From contig CBFDEM010000039.1 of the NCBI GenBank assembly GCA_965603825.1, forward strand, positions 496,001-560,000: 64,000 bases of DNA, written 5' to 3'. The position numbers and the translations under genes are program-made. Below, piece after piece: positions 1-11,074 of this stretch (positions are counted from its first letter, which is position 1; each line of letters begins with the position of its first letter). Origin of the DNA: Blepharisma stoltei ATCC 30299 (lineage: Eukaryota > Protista > Ciliophora). A model generated the notes under the pieces. It worked only from the letters and a program-made list of their open reading frames with translations, ran no database searches and was not told where the DNA came from.

Positions 1-2294
1 AGCTTTTCATGAGGGCCTTTATAGTTTGCTGGGAAAATTTTGATAATTTCTAGCAGTGTTTCATATTCATAATCTTTTAAATTAGTAACAACCTCTTTTA
101 CTTCAAAAATAAAATCTTCTTCATCCTCTGCTCCCTTTCTCATCCAATATAAATACTCAATTACTTTATTCGACACATATTTAAAAGAGTGTTTTGTATC
201 AATAGTAAAAACCCTTTGTAAAATATGATTATAAAGTTCCCTAGGTATCTCATCAAGGCTTGCTGCAATACGTATTAAAGCAGAAACGTCATTAGCGTCC
301 TTATGAATTTCAAGCAATTTTAAGGCTAAGGATGGGTCAAGAATTTTCAATTTTGCCATCATACTGCCTAAAAATAGCCCTTTGTGTTCTTTCATAAAAG
401 AGTCATCAGCAATATTAAATAAAGCTGCTAAAAATTCCTTCATTTGTGGTAGTAAACCTTTCCTATATATTGTGTTAAAAAAATCAAAATAGCTCATATC
501 GAAAGCTTCATGGTCAATTATTCGATGAACATCTTGCGGATTAAGTTTGCTTATCAATTTTTTAACATCTTCTATATCAGAATTCGCATTCACAAATTTC
601 ATACATTGAGCTTGGCTAATACCAAATGGGCTATTATCTAAAACACTGAACATCTCATTTATCGCTTTTAAAGAAATTTCTCCTTTTGTTCTATCAAATA
701 CTGTGTCTACGCTGGATTTTGTTATTCTTTTTGTTCTGATAATTTTTCCGAAAAAGTTTTCATTCCCCTTAGAGATCAGTACCAAATGATAAAGCCCGTA
801 CCAAGGGTTCTCCTCGTCCCAATAGTCACTTATTACTTGCATAGCATGTCTAATGGCTGGGGTTAGTTTTTTTATGATGACTGCTTCTACGTTCTTGTTA
901 GTAAAAGCTTTGATAAATTTCACAGCGTTTTCCTTACTATCAATATATTGAATAAATATTTCATTGATAAATTTAACTAATTCTTGCAGAGATTCTGCTT
1001 CAGAAGAAAGGGGAAATTCTCTCATAACGCTAACAAGATCAATATTCTCTGCAAATGAAGCTCCTTGAATATGATCTTTAAGCCTGTCAAACTTATTGTG
1101 TATATATAAATTGATATCAAATTCTGGGTCCAGCTCTGAAAGACCAAGCATCATTTTCATAAAATCTATTGTATTAGGCATCGATTTCAATGTTTTTCTA
1201 AACATATCTAAAAAAGAGTCTGGAACCGTATTTGTCATCTTGCTTAGATTTTTGCAAAGATATGCAATTTTAATAGGACCCTGCGTACTATAATCATTTT
1301 CAAGTATTTTATCAATTAATAGCTGTGGTACGCCTTTTCCTGTATTAGCACAAAACTTCTCTAGGGCAAACATAATATCTGAGAACTCTTTATGAAAAAA
1401 ATGAGGGTATTTAGCAGGCATCTGCTCTAAAGCATCCATACATATCCCAAACAGTGGAGTGTTACATTTTTTACTTCTAGAAAAAAATTCCAATAATTTT
1501 ATGAGCTTTTTTTTTCTGACTTCTTTTGGATTTCTTATCAAGTAATTTTGCATTTTTTCTATTGTTTTTCATGCCGCACCTTCTGGGTAAACTGCATTTA
1601 TATCTAATAAAACTGAAAATAAATCAACCACTTTATGCGCCCCTATTTCAGAATACTCTTGCTGCTGTATTTTATCAAAAAGTATATCAGCAATTTCATT
1701 AAAGTAACAGTGCCTACACATTGCTAGACCAATTATGAATTGACTAATATCACTTCATTGAAGCCCGTTATCTTCTTCTTTCAATAAATCTAAAGCCACT
1801 TTATCTAGCACTTTGCTGCTTCTTCCCAAAATACTTCAATCAAAAAATGCACTCGCAATCCAAGTCTCATCCAATCTTCCAGAGCTAGCAAATTCGGCAA
1901 CCCTATCAAAAATTCTGCTTTCATGGTTGCCAAGCTCTCCCGAATTGGTCGCTCTAAGAAAATAGCCAATATCACTAACTTCATTAGAACTTAATTTTTC
2001 ATAATTGGACCGTACATTTTCAATCATATTGAAATATGTGCTATTTCTCAAAGATTCTCTTTTAAGCTGCTTTTCTAGGATGAATTTTCCTAAATGCTTT
2101 AATGCTAAAGTGTGGATTGATAGGTCATCTTTAGTTCCAACAATTCTGAAAATACTGCTATGATCTTTGGCTTTAATAATTTGGTTTTGGATGTCATCAA
2201 TCTCAACCATTGTGAGGTCGCTGAAACATCTAACACTTGAAGGAAACCAAGGTTTTCTAGAAAAGAAAGGAGAGAACTTTAAGAGGCGAATCAT
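1..2294 (-). CDS. Putative mitochondrial helical-repeat protein (3' end runs off the window)
   Basis: ATG at 2294 (MIRLLKFSPFFSRK, presequence-like). The frame continues through in-frame TGA codons (e.g. 1836-1838); traced open to about 1080 and apparently runs off the window edge. Confidence 0.65.
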
Positions 2295-2325
2295 GGCCTT
2301 AAAATAAATGGAATTTTTAGTTAAA

Positions 2326-3613
2326 TTAGCTAATTTTGCTTTTAAATAGCGTAGGGGTTGAATTGATACGCGATAAAAACAGCCCACGATTTAATTCAAC
2401 AATTTTAGAGCCAAGACTTTGATTAGGCTTGCCAATAGTCCGAAATGTTTTTCTAAGATCTCTAGTCATGCCTTCTTTACTGATTTTTGAAATAATGGTG
2501 TTTCGACGTGGATCAGCTCTAGCAGCAAATGTCTGTGGTGTTTTTGGAGATGTAGGCGATGAAGGCATTTTTGGCTCTGAAAGCAGTGGAGTACTTGCAT
2601 GCGAGCTTGGTTGTAGCGAAAATCTAGATACAGATTTTCTGGGTTTTTTTAGAATTTCTTGCAATTCTGATTTTAGCTTTAAAATAGTTTTATCACTTTG
2701 GATTAAAATTTTGTTTTTTTCTATTATATCGGCCTCAAGTCTTTTTACTTCTTCTTTGCATAAATAATTGGCTTCTTTACTAGATAAGACCGTTGTCCTT
2801 AATTTCTGTTGACTACTTTCATTTTCAATTTTTTTAATTTCTTCTTCTAATAATTTTCTATTTCCAATAGTCTCATCCAATTCTACCCTCAAGTTTTTGA
2901 CGCTTTCTTTCATGATCTGCTCTTCAGAATTTTCAATTTCAAACTCTTTTTCTTTTAATTCTTGATTTTTCTCTTTAAGTTTTTCTTCAAGTTTCGATAT
3001 AATGATATTTTTATTTTCAATAAAATCTTCTAATTCCTTTAATTTTTGTTTCATTTTGTCAACGGAATTAAGACTCTGCGTGATCTTTGAATATGCAGAA
3101 TTTATGCTGGTCCTTTCCTCTTCTAACCTAACAATAAGGTCTAGGTAATTCTGGTTTTGGTTTTCGACTTGGATTGCTTTTTTCATTAAGAATTGAACAT
3201 TTGGATTTAGTGTTTTAGAGGATTCTGAAGGAATCCTCAAATTTGAATACTCAAGAGATTTTTTCTTTGAAGCTAAAATTTTGTTTTCTTCAGATAATTC
3301 TTCAAATCTTTTTATTAAATTTTTGTCACTATGTAGATTTTTACACTGAGGAAAAACTCGGGTTAGCTGGCTCATTTGAAACTGTGAGGCGGCGGAATAT
3401 TGAGCGCTCATATTCAATTTCTTGGAGCATTTGCTGGAGTGCATTTTGGGATTGGTTTATTTTGGAATCAAGGAGTTTTAGGTTTGGCTGAGATGCTTTT
3501 GAAGAAATCCTTGAGTTTATTTCTGAAAGTTTGGATTTTAAGTGCTCCATTTGCTCTCCCATTGCGTCAATTGTGTTTAAGTAATTTTCTATTTTTGCAT
3601 CTCTATCTTCCAT
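2326..3613 (-). CDS. Coiled-coil protein, 2 exons
   Basis: ORFs 3341..3613 and 2326..3444 are joined in frame by the 16-nt intron 3329-3344 (GTAAAAATCTACATAG). Confidence 0.8.
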
Positions 3614-4086
3614 TTTATAGTATTTTAACTTAAATGGTTTTCTGTAAACGCTGCTTTAAATTAAAAAATATTGATTTTTTATAATCTTTGTATTTATTAC
3701 TAGAAAAAATAGTTTTCTAAAATAAATACTTATATAAAATATGTCAAAAATATTTTTTTAATTTATCAATTTATATATTTCAGCTCATTTAAATTAATAA
3801 AATTGAAGCAATTTCTATACAGAACAGTCTCTTTAATTCATATTTATCATTATTACCAAAATTTTCCTAATCTTGCTATTCACTTTTCTTTACAGGTCTA
3901 CATTATTCAATAGAAAGCTTCCTCGCTATCCTTTATTAAAAGCGATTTATTAGTCAAAAAATCCTATTTCTATATAAATCAACTGAAAATATATGAATAT
4001 TATATTTAAAACGCCTAACTGCATCTTATCAGAACCATATTTTCATTTTGTGGCCAGATATTATCTATCCTTAAAGATGGTTTAAA

Positions 4087-4983
4087 ATGTTTAGGAATCT
4101 GACAAGTGAAAATGTAGATGACTTCTTTAGACCTACAAAGCCAAGGTCGAAAACCTTGTGGGACGTTGATATTTTTTACACTCCACAAAGAAGCATTATA
4201 AGACAAGATTCACTTGAGCTTGAAGATAAGCGGTGTGAGTACTATATAAACAAAGTATCAACAAATGGCTATCGTCAATATAACTCAACCACCGATTCTC
4301 TTCCAATTCCTAAAGGTGATTCTCCTTATGCACTTGCCAAGCGGGCTGAATATGTCTATAAAGATCTTTCTCAGGCTAAACTTTTGTATCAACAAGCTAT
4401 AGACATGGGGCACAGAGCGGAAAGCGCTATAAAAGACTTGGCAAGTATTTTACATCAAGAAAAGAAGACAAAGGAAGCTTGTGAGTTGCTGATGAAATAT
4501 TCACATATTTTTACAGACCAAGCGAAGTTTAGGAATTTATATGAAAATCTCCAACGGCAAATTATTCCGTCGGGAAATTGTTTAAACCAGTCACTTAGAC
4601 TGTCACCGTTAGCGTATCAAGATAATGAAATTTCAGTTAAAAGACTGTTTAAAAACCCTGGAAGGATCGTCAATATAAAAATTAAAACGGATCCTTCCAA
4701 AGTTAAGTATGCGATCATAGAGTTCGCAAGCCATTCAGCTGCTAGAAAAACTTTGGAAAGTTTTCACAGATGGGAAAAATATAAAATTGACTGGCTTTCT
4801 GTTAGCGGAGAAGTTGTAGCTCCTGTTATACATCCTTATCATAAGCGTCCTGATGCTGGAGTCAAAAGAAGTAGCGATAGCCAACATCGAGATTATGCTT
4901 CTGGTAGGATGAAGAAAGAAAAAGTAGAAGAACTTAGCATTGCTGAGCAGCTTTTAGGAAGAGATTTATTTGCTATTTTGTAA
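4087..4983 (+). CDS. MS5/TDM1/SDI1-type TPR domain + RRM-like domain protein
   Basis: PKGDSPYALAKRAEYVYKDLSQAKLLYQQAIDMGHRAESAIKDLASILHQ resembles the recalled plant MS5/SDI motif (PxGDSPYVRAKHAQL..KD...AI.LFW.AINAGDRVDSALKDM). The C-terminal KYAIIEF..HSAARKTL is RNP1-like. Confidence 0.75.
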   Translation: MFRNLTSENVDDFFRPTKPRSKTLWDVDIFYTPQRSIIRQDSLELEDKRCEYYINKVSTNGYRQYNSTTDSLPIPKGDSPYALAKRAEYVYKDLSQAKLLYQQAIDMGHRAESAIKDLASILHQEKKTKEACELLMKYSHIFTDQAKFRNLYENLQRQIIPSGNCLNQSLRLSPLAYQDNEISVKRLFKNPGRIVNIKIKTDPSKVKYAIIEFASHSAARKTLESFHRWEKYKIDWLSVSGEVVAPVIHPYHKRPDAGVKRSSDSQHRDYASGRMKKEKVEELSIAEQLLGRDLFAIL

Positions 4984-5352
4984 TATGGCATAAGTAATCT
5001 GATTCAATAATCAATGACTGAAAATAAATCTTATTGAGTCTAAGGTATTTTAATTTATTTTAGATTACAAAAAGCTAAAAGTAAATGGAATTCTTAACAG
5101 AATCATTAAAAATTTACACTTTTTATCATTTTTATCTCAAGCCATTTTTATTTTTATGGAATTTGTTAAAATTAAATTAAACAATATATCAAAAATTAAT
5201 AATTTTGATATAATCAGCCAGTAAAAATCAATTTGTTATATTTCACAATAAAATATAGAAATCAATATTTTTAGTAAATAATTAGCTTATAAATTAAAAT
5301 ATAACAAATGAGACAAATGATTATAATTTTTTGATAGGCGGGTAATTTTAAA

Positions 5353-6444
5353 ATGGAGATAAATAATGACAATGATTTCGTACAAAAAAGCCAAAAGAAA
5401 CCTCGAAGCCGTAAGAAAAGCAACTTTTCCGTCCTAAAAGAGAAAATCAAACACGTAAGACTAAAATAGTATGACGCAAAAGTTAAATTGCTTGAAGAAT
5501 CAAGAAAAAGTGCAAACCAATCAAGATGCAGCGTCAAAAGGTCATCCTCTCAGCCCAGCCCCAAAAAAGCTCACAATTACTCTATGCAGATGCCTAAGCA
5601 GCAAACTGAAAGAGAAATAGATTTCCTTGCTTTGAATTCTATTGCGAATACCGACATTTTCGACTCATTCCACAGCATAATTCCAAATATGTCGTCTTCT
5701 CATTCAGTTTTAAAAAAGAGGCATCTAGGGAATATTTCTTTGAATCTCTCAAAAATTAAAGAAAAAAGAAAAACAGACAAGGAAAACTCATCCCCAGAAA
5801 AAGTCCAGGAATTAAAAGAAGAGCTTAAAAATATTCGTGAAGAAAATAAAATATTAAAGCAGCATATTAAGCACACAAAAGAATCATACCAAGACTCACT
5901 TGATGCTCAAAGAAACCATTATGAACAAGAATTATGTGAATTAAAACAAATAAATAAAAAACTGCTACAACAAATTGAGGAAAAAAAAGACACTAGTGAA
6001 AATCAATTTAAATGTAAGCTAGAAATTGAGCTGAAATTGCAAAGAGAGAGGATTTATAAAGAGCTGCAAAGCAAAATAAGCAAAAAAAAAGATTACTTAA
6101 ATGATGAGAGAGTGAGAGAAATCCAGAAAGAATTAGAAGAAAAATATCATTGCGAAATGATAAATAAAGAAGCTGAGTTTGAAATAAAAGTCAAAAATAG
6201 AATTGATTCTATTAAATCTGAATATGATAGAAGAATGAAAGCTACAAACGATGAAATAAACGAGCTAAGGAAAAGAAACTCAGAGCTCGAAAAACAAATA
6301 AAAAGAGGAGATTCTGATATTTTCAATGAAAAAGCTGGAAATCCGAAAAATAATCCAAACAAAATAAGTGCATTCCCAGCCAAAACCAACGAAGCAGCTG
6401 AAAATTTCTTGGTATTGAGACCCTTTTTGTTTGAAGACAATTAA
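5353..6444 (+). CDS. Coiled-coil protein, 2 exons
   Basis: ATG at 5353. The 15-nt intron 5455-5469 (GTAAGACTAAAATAG) removes an in-frame TAG and joins ORF 5488..6444. Confidence 0.8.
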
Positions 6445-6481
6445 CTTATATAGATTTATGACTATTTTAATTAAAGTAGCT

Positions 6482-7837
6482 TTATAATTTTGTGACATCA
6501 ATCTCATCCAGAAAATAGTCATTTTTTGCCAATATATGGGTGGAGTATGACATATCATTCATCACGTCTCTGATTACAGTGACAAACTCAGGCAAAATTA
6601 GTTCATCTCTTGGCTTTTTTGTTTGAATTCTCAAAATAGTCAAACCTTTAACAACATTTTCAAAAGTATCTAAAATCATATAATCCTCAGCATATATAAA
6701 ACAAAGCAACGTCCTATGTACAGTTTTCCTTGTTCTATCTCTTCGCTTTAAATAAGAAATGTATTCTCTTGATGATATTATATTTGATTCAGTCGTTTTT
6801 AAATTTCTAGCATCATCAATCATAAGTTCCCTTACATATAAATATGTATAGCTATTGTTATATCCTCTCCTTTGGACTCTTTCAACTATTGTTCTGTCAG
6901 CCTTCTGGCGCATTAAAAATGTTTCTTCAACTGATATCTTTTGATATTCTATATAGTCTGGCATTTTCCAGTCATGAGGACGCATTTTTATTAAAAATTT
7001 GTAATTAAAATGGTTCTGTGATGGCAAGTTAAGGTGACTGAAGACAATTTCAATGCATTTTTCTATTTTTTGGTCAAAAGATGATACTCTTTCATTATCA
7101 ATAATAAACATCTTTGGATGACCTGTCCAAGCTCTAAGTAGTTGCCTGTCAATATTTCTAGCTTCTTCTAAATCTTCATATCTCGCAACATTATTTTTAT
7201 TAGAAAAATGCTTTTCTGCGCCTTGAGCAGCTGTAACGAGATGCAATAGAATATCATATCTACAGTCTCTTAAGTGAACTTTCGTTAAACCCATTTCATC
7301 TAATAAAGCTTGCCATAGATCTTGCGGGATATATGCAGCTCCGTCCATAACCCCGCGATCACAGATAACAATTGCTTTACCGCCACTGTGTTCAGCAATT
7401 GTAGTAAAAATATCTTCGAGGGCCAATTGAAGTTTTACTAATCTCAATTGAAAATCAATTTTTTGGGTATCATCAAAATTTGACATATTAATCATCGCCC
7501 CACCAGATCTTAAAAGTGTGGCTGCTTCAGGGACCGTAAAAACTTTATACCCTTGCTCAGGAAGTCTTAAAGACAGCCTTGCTAAGCTTGTAGTTTTCCC
7601 TGCACAAGGCCCACCTGAAATACAAATTCTGGGAACTTTTTTAGATCTCCATGAAATTTCGGACACTTTGGGCAATGAAAGAATTGACTTTTCTGAGGAA
7701 ATTTTTGTCACACTCTTAAAGCGGAGCGGAGGTAAGCCAGGGGATAGTGGAGGCTCCTTTGGTTTGAATTTTTGATAGACTAAGTAGCTGAGGATCACTA
7801 TGCAAACCATTAAAAGGCCTGAGTTCAAATCAGTCAT
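6482..7837 (-). CDS. TTD14/NadR-like AAA_28 P-loop protein with N-terminal TM and C-terminal CYTH-like domain
   Basis: RICISGGPCAGKTT Walker A, VPEAAT and ICDRGVMD motifs; hydrophobic N-terminus. Confidence 0.8.
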   Translation of the reverse strand: MTDLNSGLLMVCIVILSYLVYQKFKPKEPPLSPGLPPLRFKSVTKISSEKSILSLPKVSEISWRSKKVPRICISGGPCAGKTTSLARLSLRLPEQGYKVFTVPEAATLLRSGGAMINMSNFDDTQKIDFQLRLVKLQLALEDIFTTIAEHSGGKAIVICDRGVMDGAAYIPQDLWQALLDEMGLTKVHLRDCRYDILLHLVTAAQGAEKHFSNKNNVARYEDLEEARNIDRQLLRAWTGHPKMFIIDNERVSSFDQKIEKCIEIVFSHLNLPSQNHFNYKFLIKMRPHDWKMPDYIEYQKISVEETFLMRQKADRTIVERVQRRGYNNSYTYLYVRELMIDDARNLKTTESNIISSREYISYLKRRDRTRKTVHRTLLCFIYAEDYMILDTFENVVKGLTILRIQTKKPRDELILPEFVTVIRDVMNDMSYSTHILAKNDYFLDEIDVTKL

Positions 7838-7966
7838 TTATTTTTATATGACATAATTTAGGCATAATCTACCTATAAATATTTTAAATTTTTTTTTATG
7901 AAATATCAATTGACTGAGATTCAGATAAAAAAATATAGGTGTAAATAATTATATAAATTTAAGCGT

Positions 7967-9763
7967 CTAATAAGGTATTATAGGTTTTTGCCTTCTTCTG
8001 TCATTCCACCCGAGAATATTATTCAGTCTCCCGAGCCACGATGCAATACAGTGGTTCAAATTTATATCTAAATAAACCTTACTTGGCACAGGATAATTAG
8101 AAACCGTTATGTCCATAGACGCCCCTCTTGCAAGCTTAAATTTTGAATGCCCATCAATCCCCACCCAAGCTGGAATTCTTGAATTTTCCGGCACTTTGAT
8201 TGTAATAGTGACAGAATCCGGCAGTAAAATAGGTCTAAATGATAATGAATGTGGACAAATTGGTGTCAATAATATAGCAGGGACTCCATGATGCACAACT
8301 GAGCCTCCTGCTGATAAAGAATAAGCAGTTGATCCACATGGTGTGGCTACTAGCAGCCCATCCCCAATAGCATTTGTGCAGAATTCTCCATTAAGATATA
8401 TTTCAAGCTCTAAAAGTGACACCCCGGGACCTCTGTCAATACAAATTTCATTGGCAGCTTGGCCCCATTCTTTTTCACCCGCTTCTTTTCCATGGCATTT
8501 TAAACGTGATATTAAATCGACATGAATACTTGGCAAGGTAAAAACTTGGTCTAAAACATCGTTTAGGCTTCCTATATTATATGAAGTCATAAATCCAAGA
8601 GAACCCGTATTAAAAGAAAGCAACGGCGGCATTGATGTGTGTTTAAATAAGCTGATGGCCCATATGACAGTCCCATCCCCTCCCAGAGTTATAACTAAGT
8701 TAATTTTTTCACATAATCCTTCGTGGAATTTGTGAACTTGAGGGTTTAAGTCTTTTGTTCTGTCAGCTTCTACGAATACTGTTGTGTTTTTGTCAAGCAG
8801 ATATCTGACTGTTCTCATAAAAGCTGACTCAATTTCGTCATCTTTGCCGATTCTTCTAATGATAAGGACTTTAGGAGAATTCGGCAGGGAGACTTTGAAA
8901 GAATTCACTGAGTGTCTGTCGACGTGGAAGACGCCTCGTTCTAAGGAATTTCTTAAAAAGTCTTCGGTCCTTATATACTCAATTTTGGATGGGGTTAAGC
9001 TAACTTCGCTGCCGTTTCTTTCTTTAAATCGGCCGATATTATAAGTTGTAAAATCTTTATCATGGAATAAATATAATACTCCACAACGGTTTATGATTGG
9101 CTGGTTTATCATAAAAGACTTTCGAAGCTGCTGCTGCATAGCTATTGAATCATTTGGCAAGTCAAGGAGCCACACGCTATGCAAAGCAGTTTCAGATTCA
9201 TCTTGGCCTCCGAAAATCATAATGGATTGGTTTATTGAGAAAAGCCCTGATGAAGAAATGCTACCTGGAAGCACCAAATCTAAAAGAATTCATTCCTCCT
9301 GATTTATATCGAACTTTTCTATTGAGGAAATCCCTGTTCCTCCACATACATAAATAGAACTCCCATTTACAGCTGCAGATGAATTTACTCTCGGATAAAT
9401 TAACTGAGGAAGAGAAGTCCATTTATTTTTTTCAATATTATAAGCTTCAACAGTGCTCAAAGAGTGGTCAGATTCTTCATTATACCCTCCAATTGCATAA
9501 ATAATCCCTGACAAACATATAGCACATAGATCAGCTCTGCTAGAAAGCATAGGTGTTAACTGTCTTATGGATTCTGATTCAAATTGCAAAACTCTATTCA
9601 AAGTTCCATTACAAATACCTCCAATAATAAATACTGAATTTTCATAATACAGAGTGCAAAATCGTGATCCAAAATCTTCGTTTCAGTCAATTTCGATTTT
9701 CTCTCAGGTTTCTGTATCAAAATCGAACTTTCATGCTTCGGATGACTCAAAATAATATGCCAT
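7967..9763 (-). CDS. Kelch-repeat + NAD(+) kinase fusion protein
   Basis: Single frame from ATG 9763 with TGA=W. Kelch repeats (IIGG, YAIGG, YVCGG, MIFGG) precede NADK motifs (LGGDGT, GSLGF, NE, GDGLLVATPCGSTAYSLSAGG). Probable 15-nt intron at 8068-8082. Confidence 0.85.
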
Positions 9764-10415
9764 TTATTAATCAAGAAGATCTCTCTACCAATTATTAAGT
9801 TTTTAATGGATGACTGGAGACTTTGCATTTACTAATTTTAGAGGCTTAATATAAATAGACCAATTGCTGCTAAAAGTATCGGATTTTATTTATTTCGTCC
9901 TTGAAAAATTAGAACTATATTAAAAAGTGCGTTACCAAATTTTTTAAATTGTGGCGAACAGTTCAGCATCAAGTCTAATGTATATTATAAAATGAGTGCT
10001 TAGCATGGTGCATTATTTTATTGCAATAAAGCACTATATCGTAAAATTTCACTGCTTTTTGCAATATAATTTTTTCAAGAAATTCTGATAAATTTTATAT
10101 AACTCTTCATTTTCCATTCTTTTTCATATATGTATTTTAATAACTGTTTTCAGCTTCATATTATCAATAACTATAGCTCTATTCATGAATTTCAGAAGTA
10201 CACTGCTCTAAATAGTAGTAATTTCCATATTTACTTGACAACTTAACAATTAAAATGTCACTGCAAAAATGTTCGACCACTTTTAGTAGCTATTCCAAAT
10301 TTTTTGAACTTTTTTTATTATGAAATTAACTAACAGCATTTTAATATTAAATTTCCCTAAAAATTCCAATCCCATTAAATCTTCATATTTTGGTCGAACA
10401 AATTCATAATAAACA

Positions 10416-11021
10416 ATGGCAGGAAAACTTCTCTTCGTCAGTTTTCTTCTGATTTCAGCATTTGCTTCCGAAAACACTGCTAATCCAATCGATGATTTCA
10501 TGGCCGGGTTGTCAGTTGGTGTTAACCAGCCTCTGTCTTGCTCTGACAACTGGAAAATGTGTGGAGTATATGCTGGTCAGCTTATGGGTATGCCAACATC
10601 AGATTTAATCTCATTATTTACAGAAAGAATTCCTTTATCTGGAGCCTTAGAAATAGTTGAAGGCTTCCAAGCAAGTTTTTCAAGTATTTGGGGATGCATT
10701 AGCACAGTTCTTGACGTCGGGACAGTTGCATATGATATCTACCACTTTACAACCCCAAGCTTCCAAGATGAAAGCACCCTTAAGAAGGTTAGAGATATCC
10801 TCAATTTCTCATGCAGCGTCCAAAAAACAGCTTTTGACTTTGTCTTCATTATGAACACTTGTGGGGCTAGAGCTAATTTAAGCCTTGAATATGTGGCTAG
10901 TAACTATAAAGCCCATATGGAAGAAGCTAATAGCTTGATGACTGATGTAAACAATTGTGGAAGCAACTATCGTCAATGTGGCAAATCGGCTGGAGATTTG
11001 ATTCAGCTTTTACTTCAATAA
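10416..11021 (+). CDS. Secreted Cys-containing protein of unknown function
   Basis: Signal peptide (MAGKLLFVSFLLISAFA), 7 Cys, 201 aa. Confidence 0.75.
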   Translation: MAGKLLFVSFLLISAFASENTANPIDDFMAGLSVGVNQPLSCSDNWKMCGVYAGQLMGMPTSDLISLFTERIPLSGALEIVEGFQASFSSIWGCISTVLDVGTVAYDIYHFTTPSFQDESTLKKVRDILNFSCSVQKTAFDFVFIMNTCGARANLSLEYVASNYKAHMEEANSLMTDVNNCGSNYRQCGKSAGDLIQLLLQ

Positions 11022-11074
11022 GAATTTAATTCTTTCATTATTTTTATTCTAATATACCTTAAAAAATAATTCAA

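Noticed and set aside
9598-9828. ORF MQSLQSS... as the Kelch-NADK N-terminus
   Set aside because: Wrong frame; the Kelch frame starts at ATG 9763.
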